Part shown: positions 47,568 through 61,280 of the stretch, piece by piece | Numbering within the stretch: position 1 is the first letter of the stretch | Layout of the letters: every line of letters begins with the position of its first letter | DNA from: Nitrospinales bacterium | GTDB lineage: Bacteria > Nitrospinota > Nitrospinia > Nitrospinales > VA-1 | DNA length: 64,000 nt | Assembly: GCA_965223345.1 (NCBI GenBank) | Contig: CBDCWG010000012.1 | Coordinates: 1,856,001 to 1,920,000 of the forward strand | Direction: 5' to 3' | Position numbers and translations under genes: made by a program | Notes under the pieces: model-generated | Database searches by the model: none | What the model was told of the DNA's origin: nothing | Seen by the model: only the letters and a program-made list of their open reading frames with translations

Positions 47568-48395
47568 TTGAAGAAAAAAACCAGAACCCCCAAAACACGC
47601 AAAAAGACCGCCGGGCCCAAACGGTCGAAAGGCCGTGCGGTCACGGTCTGGGATCAGGCGGCGTCCTGGTACGACAACCTCGTGGGCACGCGCGGCACCG
47701 ATTTTCACCGCAAGATCATCCTGCCCGGAGTGCTCAAGCTTTTGCAGTTGAAAAAAGGCAGCCGCGTGCTGGACCTCGCCTGCGGTCAGGGGGTGCTGTC
47801 GCGGTTCCTCGCGCAAAAGGGCATGAAGGTGGAGGGGCTCGATTCCTCGGAAGAGCTGATCCGCTTCGCTCGCGCCCGCTCGAAAACCGGCGTGCGTTAT
47901 CACATCGGCGACGCGCGCGACGCCGACACCGTGCCCGAAAACCGGTTCGAGGGCATCACCTGCATTCTGGCGCTGCAGAACATGGATGCGCTGGAGCCGG
48001 TGTTTGAAAACGTGTATCGCGGTCTCAAACCGGGCGGCCGCTTCGTGATGGTGGTGACGCACCCCTGTTTCCGCATCCCGCGGCAGAGCCACTGGGGCTG
48101 GGATGAGGAAAAGAAACTGGAATACCGCCGCATCGACCGCTACGCCTCGGAGATCACCATCCCCATCGTCACCCCGCCCATCGCCACCTCCAAGGTGTTC
48201 ACGGTGACCTACCACCGGCCGCTCGCAAGCTATTTCTCCGCACTGGCGGCCGCCGGGCTGCTGGTGGACGGGCTGGAGGAATGGGTTTCCAACAAAACCA
48301 GCGAGCCGGGCAAACGCGCCAAGGCGGAAAACCGGGCGCGCAAGGAGATCCCGCTGTTCATGGCGATCCGGGCGGTGAAGGCCGGACTGGAATGA
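47568..48395 (+). CDS. Class I SAM-dependent methyltransferase
   Basis: VLDLACGQG, LKPGGRF, HPCF, YHRPL. Confidence 0.92.
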   Translation: MKKKTRTPKTRKKTAGPKRSKGRAVTVWDQAASWYDNLVGTRGTDFHRKIILPGVLKLLQLKKGSRVLDLACGQGVLSRFLAQKGMKVEGLDSSEELIRFARARSKTGVRYHIGDARDADTVPENRFEGITCILALQNMDALEPVFENVYRGLKPGGRFVMVVTHPCFRIPRQSHWGWDEEKKLEYRRIDRYASEITIPIVTPPIATSKVFTVTYHRPLASYFSALAAAGLLVDGLEEWVSNKTSEPGKRAKAENRARKEIPLFMAIRAVKAGLE

Positions 48396-48478
48396 GCGCC
48401 CCTTTCACCCCGTTTTGCTGAAAATGCACATCCTTATTTAAGCGGTTTTTCATCAACCTCGAGAATACGGAGGGAAAC

Positions 48479-49273
48479 ATGCTGAAAGGTTATTTTCAGA
48501 GGAATAACCGGTCGCCTGTATTTTTCTGGCTTGTTTTCGGTTTTGCTTTTCCCGGTTTTGTATTTTCTCAAGCGACGGTGCAAATTCAAAAAGCGGATGC
48601 CGCGGATGATCAAATTGTCTTTGATGCAGGAGATGACTACACAATCCGCATTCCCGGCGAATGGAAAGAAATTCCCAAAGAGGTTCTGGATCAGTTTGGA
48701 GCGATGGCTTCGCAGGCGGCGGGACAGAGTGTGACTTACGAATATGGGTATCAACTCTCCGCAAATGAAGACTGGTTCGAGTACCCCTATGTTCTTGTTC
48801 AGGTAAATCGCAGTGGCCGAATATCAGAAGGTCAGATGAAAAATTACAGGAAGATCGATAGTGGCATTGAAGAAGGAATGAAAAAAGCGGAAAGCGCTGC
48901 CGGTGAGTTGTTATCCAATGCGTCTCTGGGGGAAAGCATCTATGATTCGGGCACTCATATCCTGTGGTCCAGCGTCGCTATGGATGTGCAGGAAGCGGGT
49001 CGGGTAAAAGGTCTCATGGCGGTCAAGCTCACCGACTACGGATCTATTCACTTTTTTGGGTATGCTTTGGAAGATGAGTTTGAACAATACAAAGGTCTGT
49101 ACTCCGATATGGTTCACAGCATACAGGTTGGCGAAAAAGACCGTTACAAGCCGAGATTCCTGGACAACGCCCCGACGCTGTTTGGCATCAATCTGGGCCA
49201 GGTTGCCATAGCGGCTTTGATCGGAGGCCTGATAGGTGGCCTGTCTGTGTTGTTCCGAAAGAAGAGTGCCTGA
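48479..49273 (+). CDS. Hypothetical exported protein with C-terminal TM anchor, lower GC
   Basis: GGAGG SD; N-terminal hydrophobic segment; C-terminal IAALIGGLIGGLSVLFRKK. Confidence 0.8.
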   Translation: MLKGYFQRNNRSPVFFWLVFGFAFPGFVFSQATVQIQKADAADDQIVFDAGDDYTIRIPGEWKEIPKEVLDQFGAMASQAAGQSVTYEYGYQLSANEDWFEYPYVLVQVNRSGRISEGQMKNYRKIDSGIEEGMKKAESAAGELLSNASLGESIYDSGTHILWSSVAMDVQEAGRVKGLMAVKLTDYGSIHFFGYALEDEFEQYKGLYSDMVHSIQVGEKDRYKPRFLDNAPTLFGINLGQVAIAALIGGLIGGLSVLFRKKSA

Positions 49274-49458
49274 AAAACTTTAGAACTCAGTTTCGCTGCT
49301 CTGGGAGGCGGGAACCGTGACGTCCAAAAGAAGGTGGGGCCATGGGCTCGCCAGGGAATATCCTTCAGCGGATGAATCCTTTCAGAGCCGGGGCCGTCTA
49401 AACCTGCAATCACAAGCTTTTAATCGTATTTCCCTTAACTTTTAAGGGGGCGCGACGC

Positions 49459-49821
49459 ATGCCCAGCTACACCTACGAACTGCAGGAGCCCGGCATCCTG
49501 CTGTCCAACATCCGCCAGGGGCTTACGGCTCTGGGCGGCGACTGGCTGGAAATCGCGCCGCTGATGCGCGAGGGGCATGTGGAATACCGGCCCATCCGCG
49601 CCAACCCCATGCGCTCGGGCTACCGCTATGAGTACAAACGGGCGAGGCTCGATCTCAACCTGTATTTCCCCGAACCGCTTTTCGAAACGCTGCACGCCTT
49701 CCTCGACGGGGAAAAACTGCAAATCCTCAAAGCCGTGGTGCAGGCGGCGCTCCCCAAACGCTCCGGCTACGACATCCACGCTTTCAAGATTCTCGGGATC
49801 ATTGAAGAGACTGAGCGGTAG
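49459..49821 (+). CDS. Hypothetical protein
   Basis: AAGGGGG SD; host-like codon usage. Confidence 0.75.
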   Translation: MPSYTYELQEPGILLSNIRQGLTALGGDWLEIAPLMREGHVEYRPIRANPMRSGYRYEYKRARLDLNLYFPEPLFETLHAFLDGEKLQILKAVVQAALPKRSGYDIHAFKILGIIEETER

Positions 49822-49881
49822 TGGATAACGTTTCTAATCACTGTCCTTTAATATGAGGCTTGAAGCGGAAAGAGAAGATTC

Positions 49882-50208
49882 ATGACAAACTTCGTACTTC
49901 TTTGTTTGGTCTTGACTCTCTTCATGATTTTTTCTCGTTTTGTCAGCTTTAAAATAAGGAGTCAGTTTGAAAAATCCAGTCTGAGTAAAAAAACAATATT
50001 GAGAATTGTTTTCGCAATTCCTGCAGTGGCTATCGCCTTATTAATAATTTTTTATCCCATTATTTTTCTGATGAAAAACATACAAGAGAATAAGTTGCCA
50101 ATTTCAGAAATTTGGGCATTTACACCCTTAATCTTATTTAATGTTTATCTCTATATAGAAAAATTTATAAAAGACAAAAACTCCTCGTCTCAAGAATCCA
50201 TCAATTAG
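49882..50208 (+). CDS. Very AT-rich small membrane protein (about 3 TM)
   Basis: 108-aa ORF with three hydrophobic stretches in strongly AT-rich DNA. Confidence 0.6.
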   Translation: MTNFVLLCLVLTLFMIFSRFVSFKIRSQFEKSSLSKKTILRIVFAIPAVAIALLIIFYPIIFLMKNIQENKLPISEIWAFTPLILFNVYLYIEKFIKDKNSSSQESIN

Positions 50209-50226
50209 CTTTTCATCAAATTCTTC

Positions 50227-53075
<2,849 letters not shown>

Positions 53076-53205
53076 CGATCGAGTGACCCGTTCTTTTCGC
53101 ATGAGGCAGGCTGAGCGGCTCCGACCGCGAGATGGGAACCGATGCGCCGGGTTGGCGGCAGTCTCACATCCGGACCGGGCACCGGGTCCGAAGGCTTCGA
53201 TCATA

Positions 53206-54117
53206 TCATTGTTTTGGCGGGCTTAACAATGCTTGCAGGATGGCTTTTTGAACATGCAGGCGGTTTTCCGCCTGGTCGAAGACGATGGAGTGTTTTCCGT
53301 CCATCACCTCGGCGGCGATTTCCATGCCCCGATGCGCCGGCAGGCAGTGCATCACCAGCACGTCCGGCTTGGCGGCGGCGACGAGTTTTTGATCGATCTG
53401 GTAGGGCCTGAGCTGTTCGATTTTCTTTTCCGCTTCTTTTTCCTGTCCCATGCTGACCCACACGTCGGTGTAGATGACGTCGGCGTTTTGCACGGCCGCC
53501 AGCGGGTCCTCCAGAATTTCGACGTTGCCGGAGGTTCCCAGCCCCTGCGGCCGTTTTGGCTGGCACTCCTGTGGGCTGGCGATGGCGACGTGGAATCCCA
53601 GGGTCGCTGCGGCGATCATCCAGGAGTGGGCGATGTTGTTGCCATCGCCCACATAGGCGACTTTCAGGTCATCCAGGTGGCCGCGCTTTTCCCGGATGGT
53701 GAACAGGTCGGACAGGATCTGCACCGGATGATTGAGATCGGTGAGCCCGTTGATCACGGGGATGCTGGCGTGCCGGGCCAGATCCACCACCTCCTGATGG
53801 TCGTAGGTGCGGATGAGGATCGCGTCCAGGTAGCGCGACAAAACTTTCGCCGAGTCCTCGAGGGTTTCGCCGCGGTTGAGCTGCAGTTGATCCGGGGAGA
53901 GAAACAGGGCGTGGCCGCCCAGCTCGAACATGGCCACTTCAAAAGAAATGCGCGTGCGGGTGGACTTCTTGCTGAAGATCATTCCCAGCGACTGGCCCTT
54001 GAGGGGCTGGTGCGTGGCCCGGTCGGCGCGGTTTCGTTTCAACCCGGCGGCGGATTCGAACAGATCGCAGATCTCCTGCCGGGTCCAGTCGTTGATGGCG
54101 ATGAGGTCTTTTTTCAT
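53206..54117 (-). CDS. argF: Ornithine carbamoyltransferase
   Basis: STRTRISFE, HPVQ, GDGNNIAHS, YTDVWVSMG, HCLPAHRG, QAENRLH. Confidence 0.97.
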   Translation of the reverse strand: MKKDLIAINDWTRQEICDLFESAAGLKRNRADRATHQPLKGQSLGMIFSKKSTRTRISFEVAMFELGGHALFLSPDQLQLNRGETLEDSAKVLSRYLDAILIRTYDHQEVVDLARHASIPVINGLTDLNHPVQILSDLFTIREKRGHLDDLKVAYVGDGNNIAHSWMIAAATLGFHVAIASPQECQPKRPQGLGTSGNVEILEDPLAAVQNADVIYTDVWVSMGQEKEAEKKIEQLRPYQIDQKLVAAAKPDVLVMHCLPAHRGMEIAAEVMDGKHSIVFDQAENRLHVQKAILQALLSPPKQ

Positions 54118-54130
54118 AACGATGCCCGCC

Positions 54131-55330
<1,200 letters not shown>

Positions 55331-55533
55331 GGTCCGGCTGTGTCCTTTGAGGTTGCGTGTGTCCGGGCATGGGCCGAGGGGGAAAATTTAGCATAAATTC
55401 TGGTTGATGAACATAACAAATGATTTCATAATCCCAGCATGTCTCCGTTTAAATTCAATGGCTTTTCCTGTTTCGCCGGGAGTTCGGATTGCGGAAAGGC
55501 CGGGCGTTTTGCAAACTTTGGGATAGCGGTCGC

Positions 55534-56298
55534 ATGCGCGTCAACGAGCTGTTTGTGAAAAAAAGCTGGGGGCGGAGCGTTTGCGATGCGGTGCTGGAAG
55601 CTCTGTTCCCGAGGAAATGCGTGTTCTGCGACGCGAGCGCCGTGGGGCAGGGCGGAGCCCTGTGCGATTGCTGCCGTGAGGACATCGCCTTCATCGAGCC
55701 GCCGTTCTGCCAGCGCTGCGGTTACCCGGCGGACATTTCCTATCCGTACCCCACCGAGGATTTCGCCTGCGGCCCCTGCCGCAAGGCGCCGTTCGCGTTC
55801 GATCAGGCCCGTTCGCTGGGAAGCTACGACGCGGTCCTCAAAAAGCTGATCCAGCATTTCAAGTATGAAAAGCAGATGGGGGCGGTGAAAGAAATCGCTC
55901 CACTGATTGCGGCTTATTTTTCAACGCAGGATGCGGCGTTTGGGCGGGGGTTCTGTGTGTCGCCGCTGCCTTTGCATTTTAACAAGATGCGCGAGCGGCG
56001 GTTCGACCAGTCGTTTCTCATCGCCCGCGAAACCGCCCGCACGCTGGGGTTGCCGCTGGCGAACGGTCTGCTTCGCAGGGTGCGGGAAACCGAATCGCAG
56101 GCGAGCAAAAGCAAGGCGGAACGGCTGCGCAATGTCCGGGGAGTGTTCACGGTGGACCGCCCGGAAGCGGTCGAGGGCAAAGACATTCTGCTGGTGGACG
56201 ATGTGATGACGACGGGAGCGACGGCCGACGAAGCGGCCCGGGTCCTGAAACGAAACGGCGCGAGCCGGGTGCATGTGTTCACCCTGGCCCGCGCCTGA
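55534..56298 (+). CDS. comF: ComF family protein (Zn finger + PRT domain)
   Basis: Four CxxC pairs, PLH...RERRFDQS, LLVDDVMTTGAT. Confidence 0.93.
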   Translation: MRVNELFVKKSWGRSVCDAVLEALFPRKCVFCDASAVGQGGALCDCCREDIAFIEPPFCQRCGYPADISYPYPTEDFACGPCRKAPFAFDQARSLGSYDAVLKKLIQHFKYEKQMGAVKEIAPLIAAYFSTQDAAFGRGFCVSPLPLHFNKMRERRFDQSFLIARETARTLGLPLANGLLRRVRETESQASKSKAERLRNVRGVFTVDRPEAVEGKDILLVDDVMTTGATADEAARVLKRNGASRVHVFTLARA

Positions 56299-56321
56299 TC
56301 GGTAGCGTGAAATGCGGTGTC

Positions 56322-57647
56322 TTATCTGAGACCGGCGGTCAGGAACCACCAGCTGGCGATGCTCGCAGCGTAGCCGAGGGCGATGACCGGCGCCCATTTG
56401 AGGTGCGACATGAACGTGTAGTTCTCCCGGTCCACGCCCATGACGGCGACACCCGCCGCGGAACCGACGGAAAGCAGGCTGCCGCCCACGCCGCAGGTCA
56501 GGGTGATCAACAGCCACTGGTCCAGGCCCATCGCCGGGTCCATTTTGAGGACTGCGTACATGACCGGGATGTTATCGACGATGGCGGAAAGAATGCCGAC
56601 GATGATGTTGGATTTGGTCGGCCCGAGGGTGCCGTACATGTTTTCGCTGACCAGAGCCAGGTAGCCGATGTACTGCAGGGCCCCCACCGCCGTGAGGACG
56701 CCGAAGAAAAACAGCAGCGTGTCGAACTCCACGCCTTCCACTTTGCGAAAAATATCGAAACGCGGGGTTTGACGGCGGCATTCCTCGACGCCCAGCTCCT
56801 TCATCAAGGGGAGGTCTCCCCAGCGCTTCAGGTAAAAGCCGAACAGCATCAATGCGCCGAGACCCATCATCATGCCGAGAAACGGCGGCAGGTGCAGAAA
56901 CTGGTGGAAACTCACCGCCGTGGCGATGGTGAGGATGCCGAGCGCGATGACGACTTTGGCGCCGTGTTTCAGTCTCACTTCTTCGATCGATCCTTCCGGT
57001 TTCTCATCCGGCACGAAGGGATACATGATGAGAGCCGGAATGATCCAGTTGATCACACTCGGGATCATCAGATAGGAGAATTGCAGCGTTTCCACCTTGC
57101 CGGCGGTCCACACCATGAGGGTGGTGATGTCGCCGAAGGGGCTCCAGGCTCCCCCCGCGTTGGCGGCGACCACGATGTTCACGAAAGCCGGAACGATGAA
57201 CCGTCCGTTGCCGCCGCTGACGGCGAGCGCCACGGTGGACATGAGCAGCGCGCTGGTCAGGTTGTCGGCCAGCGGTGACAGGAAAAAGGTGATGATGCCG
57301 GTGGCCCAGAACAGTTTGCGAAAACCCATTCCCTTTCTCAACAGCCAGACCCGCAGCGCCTGGAACACATTGCGCTCGTCGAGCGTGTTGATGTAGGTCA
57401 TTGCCGCAAGAAGAAAAAAGAACAGCTCGCCGATTTCGGCGACCAGTTCCTTGATGAAGTCGTGCGCGTGGCCTCCGCCGTGGGTGGATTCGTACAGCCC
57501 GATCAGCATCCACATGAAGCAGCCGATGAAGATCACGGGCTTGGACTTCCGCATGTGGAGCTTTTCTTCAAAGATGACCAGTATGTAGGCCAGGGTGAAA
57601 CAGATGAGGGCCGCGTACCCTGCCCAGGTGACGGTTAAGTTTTGCAT
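56322..57647 (-). CDS. nhaD: Na+/H+ antiporter NhaD family
   Basis: EEKLHMRKSKPV, SPLADNLTSAL, ANAGGAWSPFGDITTLMVW, SAIVDNIP, GSAAGVAVMG. Confidence 0.93.
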   Translation of the reverse strand: MQNLTVTWAGYAALICFTLAYILVIFEEKLHMRKSKPVIFIGCFMWMLIGLYESTHGGGHAHDFIKELVAEIGELFFFLLAAMTYINTLDERNVFQALRVWLLRKGMGFRKLFWATGIITFFLSPLADNLTSALLMSTVALAVSGGNGRFIVPAFVNIVVAANAGGAWSPFGDITTLMVWTAGKVETLQFSYLMIPSVINWIIPALIMYPFVPDEKPEGSIEEVRLKHGAKVVIALGILTIATAVSFHQFLHLPPFLGMMMGLGALMLFGFYLKRWGDLPLMKELGVEECRRQTPRFDIFRKVEGVEFDTLLFFFGVLTAVGALQYIGYLALVSENMYGTLGPTKSNIIVGILSAIVDNIPVMYAVLKMDPAMGLDQWLLITLTCGVGGSLLSVGSAAGVAVMGVDRENYTFMSHLKWAPVIALGYAASIASWWFLTAGLR

Positions 57648-57758
57648 AAGATCCCTTATATCAATCTATCTGAGTGATTTATACGTTATCGGAACGGTTG
57701 GTTTCGGAGTCTGAGTCTATAGATTAACACTAAATTTCTTGGAATGGTAGGCCCTATC

Positions 57759-57775
57759 TCATTAATTTTTAATGA
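57759..57775. promoter_or_regulatory. Perfect inverted repeat, candidate operator upstream of nhaD
   Basis: TCATTAA-TTT-TTAATGA, about 110 bp upstream of the nhaD ATG. Confidence 0.4.
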
Positions 57776-58277
57776 CATACGTGATAATTGCGGATTTCGG
57801 CCCGTTCGCGGTGGGGACGCCCTGGCGCCCAAAATCCCTGAAAAACCGGCTGTGACGAGTCAGGGAGGCCGCTCACTGGGATTCCCACTTCCGATAATCC
57901 ATCCTTCCTTATGATTGCTGTGGGTTCGCGTTGCGTGTCTTTCTTTTCCTGCGAGACCGGGTCGGTCGCAAACGTGTTGCCGAAACGTGCGGGTTTTGCG
58001 GGTTCCGGATTTCCCGGAAATGCGATACGCGTGCATTATAAGGTAGAGATTCGTGCAGATAAAATGTTTTCGTTGTGGGGAACGTGTGCGTCCCGGCAGC
58101 GCATCTTTATAGAAGAATGATGTGTGTATCGTTGTGATTGTATTGGGAAAATTCGGATTAACTTCTATCGAATTCGGCGAAATTTTCGCGTGATTTTGAG
58201 GCGCAGGTGAGGGACCATTTTCGTCTTAGTACTTAAAAACTAACGGCTTTTTAGGACTTTAGACCTCACAAATTAAG

Positions 58278-58305
58278 TTGACTGTGTCAGGATTTGTGGT
58301 ACTAT
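58278..58305 (+). promoter_or_regulatory. Sigma70-type promoter for ispA-dxs-hisBH
   Basis: TTGACT-N16-TACTAT with an extended -10 TG. Confidence 0.6.
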
Positions 58306-58371
58306 TTCCGCTGTTGCCATTGGGCGAGCCTCAACAACAGAGTGAAAACTTTTTTGAGTTCAATAGGATAA

Positions 58372-59271
58372 TTGAAAGATTTTGTCTTAGCGCAATATCT
58401 TTCCGATGGCAAAAAGATCATTGATAGCGCAATTGTTGATTTGCTGCCTGCGGAATATAGCTATCCCGAAAGCATTCATAAGGCGATGGCTTACAGCGTT
58501 CTCGCAGGCGGAAAGAGATTGCGGCCGATACTTGTAATCGCGGCAGCCGAAGCCGTTGGAGGAGACCGGCGAGCTGTCCTGCCCTTTGCGGTTGCTGCCG
58601 AATTCATTCACACATACACCCTGATCCACGACGATCTCCCTGCGCTGGACAACGACGACACGCGCAGGGGCAAGCCGACCAATCACAAAGTTTTTGGAGA
58701 AGCCATCGCCATTTTGGCGGGGGACGCGTTGTTGACAGAAGCCTTTGTTTTGATGACGCATTCCCGGTTGATGGATCGGGCTTCGGAAGGGAATATCTTA
58801 AAAGCCGCCCACGAGATGTCCGTGGCTCTGGGGTCCGGCGGGATGATCGGAGGCCAGGTCGTCGATCTGGAATCCGAAGGAAAGCCCATCGACCCGGAAA
58901 CGCTTGAATATATTCATGTGTACAAAACGGGCCATTTGATTCGGGCCTGCATCCGTTCCGGTGCCATACTGAGCGGAGCAGAGCGAAGGCAGCTCAATGC
59001 GCTGTCCCGCTACGGGGCGCACATCGGGCTGGCTTTCCAGATAGTGGATGATATTCTTGACATTACTGGCGATGAGGCCAAGTTAGGAAAAAACGTTGGC
59101 AGCGACGTAGGAAAGGACAAGGCGACGTATCCGGCGCTTTACGGGCTGGAAGAATCGAAGAAGAAAGCGGAAGAACTTGTTGAAGAAAGCATTGCCTGTT
59201 TGGAATCATTCGATGATCGGGCCGATCCACTGCGAGAGATAGCTCGGTTTTTTGTCCAACGTTCATTTTGA
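58372..59271 (+). CDS. ispA: Farnesyl diphosphate synthase / geranyltranstransferase
   Basis: GGKRLRP, LIHDDLPALDNDDTRRGKPT, GQVVD, KT, FQIVDDILD, KATYP. Confidence 0.95.
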   Translation: MKDFVLAQYLSDGKKIIDSAIVDLLPAEYSYPESIHKAMAYSVLAGGKRLRPILVIAAAEAVGGDRRAVLPFAVAAEFIHTYTLIHDDLPALDNDDTRRGKPTNHKVFGEAIAILAGDALLTEAFVLMTHSRLMDRASEGNILKAAHEMSVALGSGGMIGGQVVDLESEGKPIDPETLEYIHVYKTGHLIRACIRSGAILSGAERRQLNALSRYGAHIGLAFQIVDDILDITGDEAKLGKNVGSDVGKDKATYPALYGLEESKKKAEELVEESIACLESFDDRADPLREIARFFVQRSF

Positions 59272-59282
59272 CTGGGTACACT

Positions 59283-61280
59283 ATGAGCAAGATTTTAGAA
59301 CAAATCGACGGTCCCGAAGATCTGAAGCTGGTCAAGCGGGAAGATTTGCCTCACCTTGCAAAAGAAATCCGGGAGATCCTGTTACAGGTGATTTCGAAAA
59401 CCGGGGGACATCTGGCGTCCAACCTGGGAGTGGTGGAACTCACTCTTGCAATGCATTACGTTTTCGACAGCCCAAGGGATAAATTCGTCTGGGATGTTGG
59501 ACATCAGACCTACGTTCATAAACTGCTCACAGGTAGAAAAAATAATTTCGGCACCCTGCGCCAATACAACGGACTGTGTGGATTCACCAAGCGGGAGGAA
59601 AGCGAGCACGATCACTGGAACTGTGGTCATGGCGGCACCTCCATTTCCGCCGCTTTGGCTTTTGCGAAAGCGCGCGATCTGAAAAAGGAGTCCCACGACG
59701 TGGTGGCGGTGATCGGCGACGGTTCCCTCACCGCCGGCATGGCCTTTGAGGGACTCAACCACACCGGCCACATCCAGAACGATATGATCGTCGTGCTGAA
59801 CGACAACGAGATGTCGATCTCGGCCAACGTCGGCGGGATGTCCGCGCACCTGAGCAAAATTCTCACCGGTCAGGTGATGACCAAGATCAAGCAGGAAGTG
59901 GATGAGTTGCTGCTCGCCATTCCGGGGATCGGCAAGGACATCTCCCGCTACGCGCATCGCATCGATGAGGCGATCAAAGGCGTGTTCATCCCGGGGCGGC
60001 TTTTTGAGGATCTGGGCTTCCGTTATGTCGGTCCGGTGGACGGGCACGACGTGGACACGCTGATCGACACCTTCGACTCCCTGCGCGGGCTTCACGGACC
60101 GACGCTGCTGCACGTGGTCACGCGCAAAGGCAAGGGCTACGAGCTGGCCGAGGAGAAGGCCGACGTGTGGCACGGGGCGAAACCGTTCGACATCGCCACC
60201 GGGCAGTTCGTCAAAAAGAAAGCCAACCCGGCGTACACGCAGGTGTTCGCGGAGGCGCTGATCGAGCTGGCCGAGGAAGACGAGAAGATCATCGGCATCA
60301 CGGCGGCCATGCCGGATGGAACCGGGATCAGCAAGTTTGAAAAAGCGTTCCCGCAGCGTACGTTCGATGTGGGGATGGCGGAACAGCACGCGGTCTCGTT
60401 TGCCGGCGCGCTGTCCATCGAAGGCTTCCGGCCGGTGGCGGCAATCTACTCGACCTTCCTGCAGCGGGCCTACGATCAGGTCGTGCACGATATTTGCCTG
60501 ATGAACCTGCCGGTGACGTTCGCGATGGACCGGGCGGGGATCGTGGGCGAAGACGGGGCGACGCATCAGGGTCTGTACGACATCGCTTTTCTGCGGACGC
60601 TGCCCAACATGGTGGTGATGGCGCCCAAGGATGAGAACGAGCTGCGCCACATGCTGAAAACGGCCATTTACCATCCCGGGCCCGCAGCGCTGCGATATCC
60701 GCGCGGATCGGGGCTGGGTGTGGAGATCGATCCCAAGATACAGAGCCTGCCGATCGGCAAGGGCGAAGTGTTGCGGGAAGGCACCGACATCGCGGTCTTC
60801 GCCTACGGCCACATGGTGGCTTCATCTCTGAAGGCGGCCGAACTTCTGGAAAAAGAGGGGCTGAGCGTGGCGGTCATCAACGCCCGCTTCGCCAAGCCGG
60901 TGGACAGCGAACTGGTCCGGCGGTTTGCGGAAACCACGCCCTGTCTGATCACGGTGGAAGAGCATGCGCTGAAAGGCGGCTTCGGGTCCGCCATCCTGGA
61001 AGTGCTGCAGGAGGAAGGGCTCACGGAACGGGTGGCGCCCAAATGCATCGGGCTGGAGGACATCGTTCTGGAGCACGGAGCGCCGAACGTGCAGCGCAAG
61101 GATCTCAAACTGGATCCTCAGGGAATTTTTGAAACGATTTTGGCCCATTATCAAAAGATCAACGAGCCGGCGCCTGTGGACAGCGGCCACAAGGTGTACG
61201 CCGGCAACGGCGGCAAAAAGTCCGTCAACGGCAACGGCAAGAAGGGCCTTTTGAAACTGAAGCATTCTGTGAATGGCTAG
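59283..61280 (+). CDS. dxs: 1-deoxy-D-xylulose-5-phosphate synthase
   Basis: GGHLASNLGVVELT, WDVGHQTYVHK, GDG...LNDNEMSIS, AEQHAV, DRAGIVGEDGATHQG. Confidence 0.98.
   Translation: MSKILEQIDGPEDLKLVKREDLPHLAKEIREILLQVISKTGGHLASNLGVVELTLAMHYVFDSPRDKFVWDVGHQTYVHKLLTGRKNNFGTLRQYNGLCGFTKREESEHDHWNCGHGGTSISAALAFAKARDLKKESHDVVAVIGDGSLTAGMAFEGLNHTGHIQNDMIVVLNDNEMSISANVGGMSAHLSKILTGQVMTKIKQEVDELLLAIPGIGKDISRYAHRIDEAIKGVFIPGRLFEDLGFRYVGPVDGHDVDTLIDTFDSLRGLHGPTLLHVVTRKGKGYELAEEKADVWHGAKPFDIATGQFVKKKANPAYTQVFAEALIELAEEDEKIIGITAAMPDGTGISKFEKAFPQRTFDVGMAEQHAVSFAGALSIEGFRPVAAIYSTFLQRAYDQVVHDICLMNLPVTFAMDRAGIVGEDGATHQGLYDIAFLRTLPNMVVMAPKDENELRHMLKTAIYHPGPAALRYPRGSGLGVEIDPKIQSLPIGKGEVLREGTDIAVFAYGHMVASSLKAAELLEKEGLSVAVINARFAKPVDSELVRRFAETTPCLITVEEHALKGGFGSAILEVLQEEGLTERVAPKCIGLEDIVLEHGAPNVQRKDLKLDPQGIFETILAHYQKINEPAPVDSGHKVYAGNGGKKSVNGNGKKGLLKLKHSVNG

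Noticed and set aside
48400..50226. Integron cassette array
   Set aside because: No intI and no RYYYAAC...GTTRRRY attC-like palindromes seen after the genes.
55380..55435. ARG box upstream of argD
   Set aside because: ATGAA-N13-TTCAT spacing does not fit the 18-bp ArgR consensus.
57648..58371. oriC, an RNA gene or the 69-aa ORF (57911-58120) in the long intergenic region
   Set aside because: No DnaA-box cluster or tRNA-like structure seen; the ORF has no SD and no recognisable features.
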